A stretch of DNA of 64,000 nucleotides from Elusimicrobiota bacterium (GTDB lineage: Bacteria > Elusimicrobiota > Elusimicrobia > F11), in NCBI GenBank assembly GCA_044221725.1, contig JBGAON010000001.1, positions 736,001-800,000 of the forward strand. The letters run 5' to 3'. Both the position numbers and the translations under genes were made by a program. Below, piece by piece: positions 53,244 to 63,349 of this stretch; the stretch's first letter is position 1, and every line of letters begins with the position of its first letter. A model generated the notes under the pieces. The model searched no databases, was not told the DNA's origin, and was given only the letters and a program-made list of their open reading frames with translations.

Positions 53244-54377
53244 ATGGCCAAGCGAGATTATTACGAAGTCCTCGGGGTATCGAAGGGCGCCACGCCGGAA
53301 CAGATAAAGGCCGCGTACCGTCAGCAGGCGATCAAGTACCATCCCGATAAAAATCAGGGCGACAAACAAGCCGAAGAAAAGTTCAAGGAATTGAACGAGG
53401 CTTATAGCGTGCTTTCGGATCCCGAAAAGAAAGGCGTCTATGATCAGTTCGGCCACGCGGGCGTCGAAGGCGCGACCGGTGCGGGCGGATTCCGCGGTGG
53501 CGCCGGAGGTCAAGGTTTCGGCGGATTCGGGGATCTCGGCGATATTTTTGGCGAGATGTTCGAGCAGGCGTTCAGCGGTCAGGGTCAGCGCGCTCAGCGT
53601 GGCGGTGGCCAGCCCGGACGTGACCTGCGCGTCGATCAGGAAGTGACGCTGCAGCAAGTTCTGACGGGAACCGACGTTACGCTCGACGTACCGAACTACG
53701 AAGCTTGCAGCAACTGCGCGGGCAGCGGAGCGAAACCTGGTACCGGGAAAAAACAGTGTCCCGATTGTCGCGGGCGCGGACAAGTTCGCGTGTCGCACGG
53801 ATTTTTCACGATGGCGCAAACGTGTCCGCGATGTCGCGGGTATGGGGAGATTATTGAAAATCCCTGTCCGCAGTGTTCGGGAGCCGGCCGGGTTCGCAAA
53901 AACAAAAAGGTAAAGGTTCGCATTCCGCCGGGAGTTGAGAACGGCACGACGCTGCGTATTGCGGGTTCCGGTGAGGCGGGCGAACGTGGGGCGCAAGCGG
54001 GAGATCTTTACGTGGTTGTGCACGTTGCAGAAGACAAACGCTTCGAGCGCGATGGTGCGAACCTCATCACGGACGTCACGATTTCGTTCCCGTTGGCCGC
54101 TCTCGGCGGCGAGATATCGGTCCCCTCGCTGGACGGGACGGTACGCTTAAAGATTCCGGCCGGAACTCAGCCCGGTGTTCATTTCCGCGTGGCTGGTCAC
54201 GGGCTCCCGCAGCTTAAGTCCCGTTCCAAGGGCGATTTGTATGTGCGCGTGCAAGTGAACGTGCCCAAGAAGCTATCGAAAGAGGAACGGAAAATGATTC
54301 ACGACTTAGCGATCAAGTTTGGAGAAACAAACATCTCGAACGACGAAGGAATGTTTAAGCGCGTCTTCGGCAGCTAA
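53244..54377 (+). CDS. dnaJ: Chaperone DnaJ
   Basis: HPD J-domain, G/F region and four CxxCxGxG repeats. Confidence 0.97.
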   Translation: MAKRDYYEVLGVSKGATPEQIKAAYRQQAIKYHPDKNQGDKQAEEKFKELNEAYSVLSDPEKKGVYDQFGHAGVEGATGAGGFRGGAGGQGFGGFGDLGDIFGEMFEQAFSGQGQRAQRGGGQPGRDLRVDQEVTLQQVLTGTDVTLDVPNYEACSNCAGSGAKPGTGKKQCPDCRGRGQVRVSHGFFTMAQTCPRCRGYGEIIENPCPQCSGAGRVRKNKKVKVRIPPGVENGTTLRIAGSGEAGERGAQAGDLYVVVHVAEDKRFERDGANLITDVTISFPLAALGGEISVPSLDGTVRLKIPAGTQPGVHFRVAGHGLPQLKSRSKGDLYVRVQVNVPKKLSKEERKMIHDLAIKFGETNISNDEGMFKRVFGS

Positions 54378-54385
54378 CGTCTTTC

Positions 54386-55120
54386 ATGTCTCACATCTTT
54401 GTTCGTCCCGAAAATGTTGTCGGAAATACGTTCGTCCTCGATGAAAAAGAGTCGCATCACGTTTCAAAAGTTCTCCGAATAAAATCCGGCGAGACCGTCT
54501 CTCTATTTGATGGGGAAGGCGGACAATTCGAAGGTCAGCTCACCACCGTTACGCCAACCAAAGTAAAAGGGACGATCCTTCAAAAACTGGCAACAAAATC
54601 GAAGGCCACGTTTGTGACGTTGTTTCAAGGTTTGCCAAAAGGATCAAAACTCGATTACGTAATCGAAAAAGCAGTTGAGCTCGGGGTTGACCGCGTTGTT
54701 CCGTTCACGAGCAAGAAGAACCCTGTGCACGTCGACGACTTGAGCGAGGCAAAGAAAAGCCGCTACGAACGGGTTGCCGAAGCGGCCGCCAAGCAATGCG
54801 ATCGCCCATCCATTCCCAAAATCGGCGAACTCCGTAAGCTCGACGGGTTGGCCAGCGACGTACAGGAAGGCATGTCCTTGGTGTTTGTTCTCGACAAAAG
54901 CGCCGCGAGATTGCGGGATGTTCTGGCTCCCATCGCAGGCATTCCGCCCCAGAAAATTAACCTGTTTATTGGTCCCGAAAGCGGTTTTTCCGAGGACGAA
55001 ACCGCCTGGCTCACGGCCCACGGCGCAAAGCTGGTTTCCCTGGGCAATTTCACATTCCGCACCGAGACGGCCGGTCTTGTCGCTCTGGCGCTTGTGAATT
55101 ACGAACTCGGAAATCTTTAA
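54386..55120 (+). CDS. rsmE: 16S rRNA m3U1498 methyltransferase
   Basis: HVSKVLR, EKAVELG, IGPESGF and RTETAG motifs. Confidence 0.93.
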   Translation: MSHIFVRPENVVGNTFVLDEKESHHVSKVLRIKSGETVSLFDGEGGQFEGQLTTVTPTKVKGTILQKLATKSKATFVTLFQGLPKGSKLDYVIEKAVELGVDRVVPFTSKKNPVHVDDLSEAKKSRYERVAEAAAKQCDRPSIPKIGELRKLDGLASDVQEGMSLVFVLDKSAARLRDVLAPIAGIPPQKINLFIGPESGFSEDETAWLTAHGAKLVSLGNFTFRTETAGLVALALVNYELGNL

Positions 55121-55121
55121 T

Positions 55122-55156
55122 TTACAGATCGGTTACCTGTTCTTAAGAGATTCTTC
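55122..55156 (+). promoter_or_regulatory. 10-11-bp periodic direct-repeat box, copy 1
   Basis: TTAC-N7-TTAC-N6-TTAA-N7-TTC; TAAAAT at 55169 lies 6 nt before the ATG. Confidence 0.55.
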
Positions 55157-55180
55157 CGTCCTCTTCGTTAAAATCCCTGA

Positions 55181-57508
55181 ATGCGTTTTCCTTTTTTGAG
55201 GACCATTTGCTTTCTGATCACACCCGCCTATTTTTTTTCGAATGTTGCGTTTGGAGCCCTTACTGATTTTGACTCGTTGCAGCACTTAGGAAAACGAAAA
55301 GTCCTTTCTCCGTCTCGGCAAACGGGGCCAACGGTTTTCCATATTCAAGATGTTCACCACAATCCGGACGTGCAGCGAAATATTGCACGCACAATTGAAG
55401 AATTGAGACGCATTCGGAGCATTGATGCGGTCGCGCTCGAAGGCGCGTTTGAACCGGTTAACCTGTCCCATTTTCAAAAATTCACGGGTCGCGAAATCGT
55501 AGCGGCGGTCGCCGATCAAATGATGATGCAGAACGAAATTCCGGGGCCAATCTACGCGGCGTTGCGCGAGAAACATTTTCCACGGATCGTCGGGATCGAT
55601 GATCGCGAACATTACCGTTTGAACGTTGATGCGTATCGTGCTTCGCAGCACGGCGTACCATTTGCATTCCGAGAATTGGAAGCGGCGGAAAGCTGGCTTC
55701 AACAGAGAAAATCGAGCTTTTTCAATTCGAAACTTTCTTTGTTCGATTGCCACGTGCAAGCCTGTCGACGCCGAGGCCAACAATTCGATGACGTCAATTT
55801 GTTGTCCGCCTATTTTTCGCTTTGCAAAACCGAAGAAGAAAGGTGGCTGGTCCGAGCGTCCCGTAGAATGGAATTGGCGCGGAAGCTTGTGAGATTTTCG
55901 TTGCGAAGCGCCGAATGGCAGGAATACAAACGACTGTCTCGCGAATCCTTTCCGGCGCTCCGACCGCGGACTCTCGTACCGTTTGAAAAGTTTTACGAGC
56001 AAGCGGAACTTCGCGATGAACGCATGGCGCAAAATGTTTTAAAGGAAATTGCGCGTTCGAAGTTCACGACGAATAGCACGATAGCGTTGGTGGCGGGCGG
56101 TTTTCACACGTCGGGGATCGATCAGCGTTTGGTTGAGGCCGGTTGCCGCGTGGTCACTTTTGTTCCCAATATGCCAAAAGGCGGCACGAATGCCGGCAGT
56201 TCGTATTTGAACTTTCTTTTTCAGGACGACAAATCATTTTTGGCCGCGGAGCCACTGGCCCGTGAAACCGAACAGCTGATTTCAGAGCGTATTCTCGCAC
56301 GCGCTCTCCGTACGCGGTATCGATCGGAGGCGGTCCAACTGTTTCGAACGGTTCTCGGTCTCGGGACACGGTGCTGTATCGGAACGCTGCGAATCGCACG
56401 GCACTCGTTTGTGTTTGTCGGCCAACTTTCGAAAGCGTTTGTAATTTGGACCACATTTCGAGATAAGGCATTGCCGGACGAGCGAGTGTTCTCGGTTGAA
56501 ATTCCAAACGATCAATCGATTGATGCGGTTCAAAAATTGGCCACTACAACTGGAGACCAACTGGTCGATTGGTATGTGCGTACAATGAAACTATTTAATC
56601 CGAAAAACGATGAAGACCGTAAGCGGGTGCTCGAATGGATTTCGGCCCAACTTCGAAAGGCGGCGCAGTCAAAAATTATCTCTCCGTACGCGGTTATTGA
56701 TCATTTTTTTCATCCGATTGGCATTGCGGATCTCGATATTCTGTTGCCAAAGTATCCGTCGGCGCTGCGCGTTTTTTCTAAAGGATTCAAGAACATTCCT
56801 CTTTCCGGGAAGTTGTCCGACGAGGAATTTGTGCGGGAAGTTCTTGAGCATTTGATGAAGTTTCGAGTTCCGGGTAAACCGTTGAAGATTCTCGTCGCAG
56901 GAGGTGCCGGCGGAGGGAAAAGTACATTTGCAACGAATCTCGCCCGGGTGGCTGCATCGATCAATTTGAGGTCCAAATCAGAAAGCATGGATGCGTACCT
57001 TCTGTCGCGTCAGCAAAGACATGATAAAGGATTGGAAGGCTTGGCCATGTACGAACGCGACAAGGTCGGCGCCATGGTTGAGTCGCTTGCGAGCGAACGA
57101 CCGTTTTTCGGACGGACGGCCGACCGCAGGAAAGACATCAGGCGATACGAGGAAGTTGAAACCGACCCCAAGAATCTAGATCTCTATATTTTTGAAGGCG
57201 TTCTTTCGTTGGCCGACCAAGACTTACGAGAGGCATTCGACGTTGGAGTGTATGTCAACGAAAGCGACCAATATCGATTCCAAAATCGGCTCGACCGTGA
57301 TCCCGGTCTTAAAGGATACAGCGCGCTGATGATCGCGTGGACATTTGCTCAGACGCAACTCGACGAATTTCGTATGGCCCGTGACTCTATTCGGTACGCC
57401 TCATTGGTCGTCAAACCAATAAACCACGCCATCTACATTTCCAATCATCACTTGCATGATCTGAGAAAGGGGCCCGCGGAAATTCGCGGGGTACGGGTTG
57501 CCGCGTGA
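55181..57508 (+). CDS. Putative exported protein: uncharacterised N-terminal domain plus uridine kinase-like P-loop domain
   Basis: Signal-like N-terminus; IQDVH, VALEGA, VGIDD and GGFH motifs; C-terminal GGAGGGKST, SMDAY, FEG and RLDRD. Confidence 0.7.
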   Translation: MRFPFLRTICFLITPAYFFSNVAFGALTDFDSLQHLGKRKVLSPSRQTGPTVFHIQDVHHNPDVQRNIARTIEELRRIRSIDAVALEGAFEPVNLSHFQKFTGREIVAAVADQMMMQNEIPGPIYAALREKHFPRIVGIDDREHYRLNVDAYRASQHGVPFAFRELEAAESWLQQRKSSFFNSKLSLFDCHVQACRRRGQQFDDVNLLSAYFSLCKTEEERWLVRASRRMELARKLVRFSLRSAEWQEYKRLSRESFPALRPRTLVPFEKFYEQAELRDERMAQNVLKEIARSKFTTNSTIALVAGGFHTSGIDQRLVEAGCRVVTFVPNMPKGGTNAGSSYLNFLFQDDKSFLAAEPLARETEQLISERILARALRTRYRSEAVQLFRTVLGLGTRCCIGTLRIARHSFVFVGQLSKAFVIWTTFRDKALPDERVFSVEIPNDQSIDAVQKLATTTGDQLVDWYVRTMKLFNPKNDEDRKRVLEWISAQLRKAAQSKIISPYAVIDHFFHPIGIADLDILLPKYPSALRVFSKGFKNIPLSGKLSDEEFVREVLEHLMKFRVPGKPLKILVAGGAGGGKSTFATNLARVAASINLRSKSESMDAYLLSRQQRHDKGLEGLAMYERDKVGAMVESLASERPFFGRTADRRKDIRRYEEVETDPKNLDLYIFEGVLSLADQDLREAFDVGVYVNESDQYRFQNRLDRDPGLKGYSALMIAWTFAQTQLDEFRMARDSIRYASLVVKPINHAIYISNHHLHDLRKGPAEIRGVRVAA

Positions 57509-57566
57509 TAAAAAAGGTATTTTGGGGCTGCCTTTATCAAAAATACAGGCCTGAACGCTAAAAACG

Positions 57567-57602
57567 TTACAGAAATTTTACCGAATCTTAAGGCGAGCTT
57601 AA
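57567..57602 (+). promoter_or_regulatory. 10-11-bp periodic direct-repeat box, copy 2
   Basis: TTAC-N7-TTAC-N6-TTAA-N7-TTAA; shares TTACAGA, TTACC and TCTTAAG with copy 1 at identical spacing. Confidence 0.55.
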
Positions 57603-57680
57603 TCCGATGACGACAACACTAAATCCAGTTAAGCCCTGCTTCGCCGATGGCTACGCAGGGTTCGTTCGCAAGGAAAGCGA

Positions 57681-58916
57681 ATGAAAATTTGGTCTTTCAC
57701 ATTTGGTTGCAAAGTCAACCAATACGAAACAGAGTTGCTGCGGCACCGTCTAACGGGGCCGGGCGATATTCATGTGCAGAAACCCGAAGATGCGGATCTG
57801 TGTTTGATTAATTCGTGCAGCGTAACAGCCTTCGCGGACAAGGAATGCCGGCAGTTGGTTCGGAAAGTTTTGCGGTCAAACCCGACGGCGCGAACGATTG
57901 TGACCGGTTGTTACGCGACCCGCGCGCCGGAGGAGATTCAGAAGATTTCGGATCGCATCGAGATCTATACGAATCAGGAAAAGGACGAATTGCCGTCGTG
58001 TGTCGGGTTCGAAGTGAGCCAGCAGCCGCTCGGTATTCATCAGTTTGCGGGTCGGACGCGGGCGTTCTTAAAGGTTCAAGACGGCTGCCAGGCGCCGTGC
58101 AATTACTGCATTATTCCGACGGTGCGGCCGGACATGTGGAGCAAACCTGTGGACCAAGTTTTAACGGAAGCAAAAGCGCTCTTGGCGAACGGGTATCAGG
58201 AAATCGTTTTAACGGGGATCCGACTCGGGTTGTACCGGAGCAAAACGGAAGGGGGCAGCAAGCATGACTTGCTCGAACTCCTAAAAGCGCTGGTCGCGAT
58301 CCCCGGAAAATTTCGCATTCGGTTGTCGTCGTTGGAAGTGACCGAGGTGACGGACAAACTGATCGATTACGTCGCCCAAGAACCAAAGATTTGTCGGCAC
58401 TTCCACATCCCGATGCAATCGGGATCCACGCCGGTGTTGAAAGCGATGCAGCGCTGGTACAACGTGGATTTTTACAAAGAGCGCGTGCGCGCGGTGCGAC
58501 GGAAATTGCCGGACTGCGGTTTAACAGCGGACGTTATGGTCGGTTACCCGACGGAGACGCCTGAACAATTTGAAGAAACGGTCCGTAACATAGAGGAAAT
58601 GGAATTGTCGGGGCTGCATGTGTTTCGGTTCTCGGCCCGCGAGACAACAAAGGCCGCGCAGCTAAAACCGCTGGATCCGCGGATTGTGACCGAACGAGCG
58701 AAGCGACTCGGTGAGGTCGACAAAGTTTTAAGAGAGAATTTTTACCGCCGGTTTGAAGGGACGCAACGCGAAGTGTTGCCGGAACCGACGGGCGAGGCGT
58801 GGACGGACAACTACATTCGCGTGGACGTTCCGTTAAGCGAAGTCAAATTTGGTCTTTCACATAGACGGGTGGAATCGTCACAGTTCGTCGAAAAAATTGC
58901 ATTGGGGGCCGTGTGA
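57681..58916 (+). CDS. mtaB: tRNA t6A37 methylthiotransferase
   Basis: GCKVNQYE, INSCSVT and KVQDGCQAPCNYCIIP motifs; near rsmE. Confidence 0.92.
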   Translation: MKIWSFTFGCKVNQYETELLRHRLTGPGDIHVQKPEDADLCLINSCSVTAFADKECRQLVRKVLRSNPTARTIVTGCYATRAPEEIQKISDRIEIYTNQEKDELPSCVGFEVSQQPLGIHQFAGRTRAFLKVQDGCQAPCNYCIIPTVRPDMWSKPVDQVLTEAKALLANGYQEIVLTGIRLGLYRSKTEGGSKHDLLELLKALVAIPGKFRIRLSSLEVTEVTDKLIDYVAQEPKICRHFHIPMQSGSTPVLKAMQRWYNVDFYKERVRAVRRKLPDCGLTADVMVGYPTETPEQFEETVRNIEEMELSGLHVFRFSARETTKAAQLKPLDPRIVTERAKRLGEVDKVLRENFYRRFEGTQREVLPEPTGEAWTDNYIRVDVPLSEVKFGLSHRRVESSQFVEKIALGAV

Positions 58917-59257
58917 CCGAGTGTATTTTTTGTAAAATCGTCGCCGGCCAAATCAAGGCCAATGTGGTGTTAGACGACCAACGCGTGATGGCTTTCCGGG
59001 ATGTAAACCCCAAAGCTCCCGTCCACATACTCATCATTCCCAAGAAACATATAGAGCGGTTTTCAGTAATGCCCGAGAGCGATCTCGATTTGCTCGCGGA
59101 CATTCAACGCGCCGTTAAGAAAATTGCGGCTCAAGAGAAGATTTCAGAAAAAGGTTTTCGCTTGATCACAAACAACGGGAAGGATGCGGGTCAGACGGTT
59201 GATCACATGCATTTTCACATGTTGGGCGGCAAGGCAATGTCCTGGCAGCCCGTATAA
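58913..59257 (+). CDS. hinT: Histidine triad nucleotide-binding protein
   Basis: CIFCKI and HMHFHMLGG motifs. Confidence 0.93.
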   Translation: MTECIFCKIVAGQIKANVVLDDQRVMAFRDVNPKAPVHILIIPKKHIERFSVMPESDLDLLADIQRAVKKIAAQEKISEKGFRLITNNGKDAGQTVDHMHFHMLGGKAMSWQPV

Positions 59258-59278
59258 AAAGGATGGTGATGTTTCACT

Positions 59279-59479
59279 GTGGTTTTAGTTAAGTTACGAG
59301 ATAACGAAACAATCGAAGATGCTCTCCGCCGCTTCAAACGCGAATGCGAACGAAACGGAATTATGCAAGAGATCAAACGTCGAGAGTATTTCGAATCGCC
59401 CGCTGTTCGGAAAAAACGAAAAGCGGCCGAAGCGCGACGCAAATTAAAGCGTCGAATGATGCGGCAGAAACGGCGATAA
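59279..59479 (+). CDS. rpsU: 30S ribosomal protein S21
   Basis: ALRRFKR...EIKRREYFESP motif. Confidence 0.95.
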   Translation: MVLVKLRDNETIEDALRRFKRECERNGIMQEIKRREYFESPAVRKKRKAAEARRKLKRRMMRQKRR

Positions 59480-59509
59480 ATACCTCACAATAAATCTAGA
59501 AAAGCAGCA

Positions 59510-59554
59510 CGAAACCCGCGTTCCAGAGGTGAAGCCAACGGAATGCGGGTTTCG
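59510..59554 (+). terminator. Stem-loop between rpsU and dnaG (possible partial terminator)
   Basis: 15-bp stem CGAAACCCGCGTTCC/GGAATGCGGGTTTCG; weak U-tract. Confidence 0.5.
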
Positions 59555-59570
59555 CGTTCTAAGAGAGAAT

Positions 59571-61379
59571 ATGTTCAACCGAGAGCAAATTGATCAGGTG
59601 CGGTCGCGTGCCGACATCGTCGAAGTGATTCGCGAATATGTTCCGTCGCTGAAAGCGTCGGGCCGGTCGGTAAAAGGGTTGTGTCCGTTTCATAGCGAGC
59701 GAACGCCGTCATTTTATGTGCATCCGGAAAAGGGCTTGTTCAAATGTTTCGGGTGCGGCGAGTCGGGCGATGTGATCGCGTTTATCTCGAAGATGGAGCA
59801 GTTGACGTTTTCGGAAGCGTTGCGGCTGCTGGCGGAACGCACCGGCGTGCGATTGGAAGAAGACAAATTTCAGCAGAAAAGGGAACCCGAAGGAATTCGC
59901 GAAAAGGTTTACCGGGTTCTTGAAGCCGCATCAAAGATTTACGAAGACCAGTTGTGGGACGACCGATTGGGGCAGCCGGCGCGGTCGTATTTGGATGAAC
60001 GATTTATTTCGGACGATACGCGGCAAGCGTTTCACCTGGGATTCGCGGCGCACACCGGTGGCGGGGTTTTTGAAACGCTGGTCAAGAAAGGTTTTGCAAT
60101 AGAGTTGTGCCAACAAGCGGGGCTTGTGGCGCGGTCGAACAGCGGTCGGTTTTACGATCCCATGTTCGGTCGACTGATCTTTCCCATATTTGATTCGTTC
60201 GGGCATGTGATTGGATTCGGCGGTCGCGTGCTGCCACAAACCAAGAAACATTTCCTGGGCGGCGACGTTGAAGAAGACAAAGGTCCAAAATATTTGAACT
60301 CTCCGGAAACACCGGTGTTTTCTAAGGGGAAGTCGCTGTACGGACTTTTGCAGGCGAAACAAAGTATTTTGGCCTCTCGTCGCGCGGTGATTCTCGAAGG
60401 ATACATGGACGTGATTGGCGTGCATCAAGGCGGCGTGACAAACGCCGTGGCAACACTCGGAACCGCGTTTACCCGTGATCATGCGAAAGTACTGAAGCGT
60501 TACGCGAGCGACGTTACGGCGTTCTTCGACCCGGACGCGGCCGGCGAACAAGCCGCGATGCGTAGCTTGGAGCCGATGATTCAAGAAGATTTTTATCCGC
60601 GCGTTGTCATGACAGACGAAACCGGCGACCCCGACGAGATCATTCACGAGAAAGGCAAAGAGTTTTTTGAACAGCTGATTGAAAAGGCACCGGACTTCTT
60701 GGGGTTTGTGGAGCGCGTAACGGGCGCAGGAAAAGACGCTCCGTTAGATAAGAAGTCGGAGGCGGCGATGAAAGTGTTGGCGCTGATCGCGCAAACACCA
60801 AATGAAATTTTGAAGTCGGAATGGACGGCGCGGTTAGCAGCGGATCTGGGGCTGCGTGTGGAATCGCTCCAGGAACAATTAAAAAAGAAAGCGGTGGCCC
60901 GGTCGGTGTTGAGCAGCACGCCGGCGCCGAAGCCGATAAAAAAGGAACGAACGTTCCCGTCGGCCGAAGAAGAGATTTTGGTTTTGCTGATGAGCGAGCC
61001 GCGGTTTTTAAAAGAAACAGAGTTGCGAGCAGAAGATTTCACAACGGAACGCGAGCGGCGGCTTTTCGCAAAGATGTCGGAACAATTTTTGAATACCGGG
61101 GCACTGTCAATCCCAAAATTGGTGGACGACGTGACCGAAGCAGAAAAGGACTGGGTGGTTCGAATGTCGCTCGATGAGCACGAGTTTGAAGACCCGGCCG
61201 ATCGTTACAATCAGTTGGTCCGCAGCGTACGCTTAAAAAAAGAAAAGCAACGCCTGCAGGAGCTAAGTCGCAGCATTGCCGCGGGAACCGCGGCGATGGA
61301 TGTACAAATGGAATACAAGGATTTATTGCGCCGCATCAAAGGCACAGCGAGCGACGCGAAGGGAATGGTGACGAAATGA
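59571..61379 (+). CDS. dnaG: DNA primase
   Basis: CPFH..CFGC zinc finger, [13 protein letters not shown] and TOPRIM DPD motifs. Confidence 0.96.
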   Translation: MFNREQIDQVRSRADIVEVIREYVPSLKASGRSVKGLCPFHSERTPSFYVHPEKGLFKCFGCGESGDVIAFISKMEQLTFSEALRLLAERTGVRLEEDKFQQKREPEGIREKVYRVLEAASKIYEDQLWDDRLGQPARSYLDERFISDDTRQAFHLGFAAHTGGGVFETLVKKGFAIELCQQAGLVARSNSGRFYDPMFGRLIFPIFDSFGHVIGFGGRVLPQTKKHFLGGDVEEDKGPKYLNSPETPVFSKGKSLYGLLQAKQSILASRRAVILEGYMDVIGVHQGGVTNAVATLGTAFTRDHAKVLKRYASDVTAFFDPDAAGEQAAMRSLEPMIQEDFYPRVVMTDETGDPDEIIHEKGKEFFEQLIEKAPDFLGFVERVTGAGKDAPLDKKSEAAMKVLALIAQTPNEILKSEWTARLAADLGLRVESLQEQLKKKAVARSVLSSTPAPKPIKKERTFPSAEEEILVLLMSEPRFLKETELRAEDFTTERERRLFAKMSEQFLNTGALSIPKLVDDVTEAEKDWVVRMSLDEHEFEDPADRYNQLVRSVRLKKEKQRLQELSRSIAAGTAAMDVQMEYKDLLRRIKGTASDAKGMVTK

Positions 61380-63109
61380 TCCAACAACATAACAAGTCCA
61401 TCATCGACAACGACGTGTTGATGAAAGGGCTTATTACGCAGGGCAAAGAAGCCGGGTATATCACGTATGAGGAAATCATGCGCCGGCTGCCGGAAAACAC
61501 AACTCCGGAAGACTTGGACAATTTCTTCGGGCAGCTCGAAGAAATGGGCATCCAAGTGTTGGAAGCCGAAGATTCGGGCCGCAAGCCGGCCGCCTCGGAA
61601 GGCGCGCCGCAGCCAGAAGTCGAACTCGATACGCAAAATTCCATCCGCATGTACCTGTCGGAAATGGGGCGGGTGCCGCTGTTAACGCGCGAACAAGAAG
61701 TGACGCTGTCGCGAAATATTAAGGAACACGAAAAAGATCTGCGCCTGCTGGTGCTTCAGTCGCCGATCACGCTCCGTGAAATCAGCAACTGGCAGACGCT
61801 GCTTGAGCAAGACGAAATGACGCCAAAAGAACTCATGCCGCGCGGTCGCAAAACGTCCGCTGAGCTCAATCGCATGAAGCTCAAAGTGAAGCAGGTCGCC
61901 GGGTCCATTCAGAAGAGCGAGAAAGTCATTAACAACTTGGACGAGAAACTCCAAGCGCCGAACTTGTCGATCAAAGCGAAGATGAAGTTGCAGTTGTTGG
62001 CCGATCAAGAGCGCAAGCACATCGTTAACGAAATTATCAGCTTGAACTTAAACCAAGACAAAATCAAACGTCTGACGAACAAGATCAAAACGATTGCTTT
62101 GAAAATCCGTGAGTGTGAAGACGAGCTCGAACGCTACGAAAAGCGGCTTAATATGCCGCACGCGGAACTCCAGGCGATCTACAACAAAGTGCTCGCGAAG
62201 AAAGTAACGCCGTCCGCCTTCAAGAAACTCACCGGTTACACGCTGACCGGTATCGAGTCGACGATGGAGAACATCAAAAACGTGGAAAACCGTCGCACGC
62301 GCATTTTGCAGGTGCTGCCGGTCACGCGCGACAACATCATTGACTTGGATGTGAAGATTCGCGACTTGGAAGAAGCAATTCTCAAAGACAAATTGAAACT
62401 CATTCGCGCGAACCTGCGCCTTGTGGTTTCGATTGCGAAAAAGCACGTCGGTGCATCGAACTTGGAATTACCGGACTTAATTCAAGAAGGGGGGCTGGGA
62501 CTCATCAAAGCCGTTGAGAAGTTCGAATGGCGTCGCGGTTTCAAATTCTCGACCTACGCAACCTGGTGGATTCGCCAATCCATCAATCGCGCGATCGCGG
62601 ACCAGGCTCGCACCATCCGCATTCCGGTGCACATGAAGGAAATTATTTCGAAACTCACGAAGGTAGCCCGCAAATCGCGTCAGGAATTGGGTCGCGATCC
62701 AACGCTCGAAGAATATTCGAAGGCGCTGCGTCTATCGATGGACAAAGTGCGCGGCATTCTGCGAATTATGCAGGACCCGGTTTCGCTTGCGACACCCGTC
62801 GGTGAAGAGGAAGATTCGTCTCTCGAAGAATTCATTGAGGACGAGGCCAGTTCGGAACCGTCCGAAGGTGCACAGGATTTCCTGCGGCACCGCGAAGTGG
62901 AACGCGCGCTTTCGACGCTCAGCGAACGCGAAGCTCAGATCATCCGCTTGCGGTTTGGTATCGGCACGGGTTATCCGCGCACGCTCGAAGAATTGGGCCG
63001 CATCTTCAACGTGACCCGCGAACGCGTTCGTCAAATCGAAGCGAAAGCAATCCGCAAACTGCGCCACCCATCGCGCAGCCGGGTGCTGAAAGAATACTTG
63101 GACAATTAA
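61376..63109 (+). CDS. rpoD: Primary sigma factor sigma70
   Basis: Region 1.1; [31 protein letters not shown] and TRERVRQIE motifs. Confidence 0.97.
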   Translation: MIQQHNKSIIDNDVLMKGLITQGKEAGYITYEEIMRRLPENTTPEDLDNFFGQLEEMGIQVLEAEDSGRKPAASEGAPQPEVELDTQNSIRMYLSEMGRVPLLTREQEVTLSRNIKEHEKDLRLLVLQSPITLREISNWQTLLEQDEMTPKELMPRGRKTSAELNRMKLKVKQVAGSIQKSEKVINNLDEKLQAPNLSIKAKMKLQLLADQERKHIVNEIISLNLNQDKIKRLTNKIKTIALKIRECEDELERYEKRLNMPHAELQAIYNKVLAKKVTPSAFKKLTGYTLTGIESTMENIKNVENRRTRILQVLPVTRDNIIDLDVKIRDLEEAILKDKLKLIRANLRLVVSIAKKHVGASNLELPDLIQEGGLGLIKAVEKFEWRRGFKFSTYATWWIRQSINRAIADQARTIRIPVHMKEIISKLTKVARKSRQELGRDPTLEEYSKALRLSMDKVRGILRIMQDPVSLATPVGEEEDSSLEEFIEDEASSEPSEGAQDFLRHREVERALSTLSEREAQIIRLRFGIGTGYPRTLEELGRIFNVTRERVRQIEAKAIRKLRHPSRSRVLKEYLDN

Positions 63110-63115
63110 GGAAGA

Positions 63116-63232
63116 CCCCACCCAACCCTCCCCATTGACGAAGAATGGGGAGGGCCCACTTTCCTACGCACTCTGCACAGCAACGCAGTTTTTTCCTCCC
63201 CATGTCTCCTCAATGGGGAGGGTAGGGTGGGG
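63116..63232. repeat. Composite palindrome, family B copy 2
   Basis: Same arms as 34725-34850 with a different spacer. Confidence 0.85.
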
Positions 63233-63244
63233 AAAAAGTTATCC

Positions 63245-63288
63245 AACCCCTCGTGAAATCACCTGATTTTACGAGGGGTTTTGTTTTT
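63245..63288 (+). terminator. Rho-independent terminator after rpoD
   Basis: AACCCCTCGTGAAATCA/TGATTTTACGAGGGGTT hairpin followed by TTGTTTTT. Confidence 0.8.
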
Positions 63289-63323
63289 CAGGGCTTCTTA
63301 ACGTGATCTTAATGCGCCCTTAA
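63287..63323 (+). promoter_or_regulatory. 11-bp periodic direct-repeat box, copy 3
   Basis: TTCA-N7-TTAA-N7-TTAA-N7-TTAA (CTTAA three times). Confidence 0.55.
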
Positions 63324-63349
63324 TAAAAGTACAGTTATATACGTTGGAT

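Noticed and set aside
51335..54023. Long minus-strand ORFs opposite dnaK and dnaJ
   Set aside because: Antisense shadows of conserved genes caused by codon bias; no motifs of their own
57509..57680. Possible riboswitch or sRNA upstream of mtaB
   Set aside because: No recognisable aptamer consensus by eye; an Rfam/Infernal search is needed
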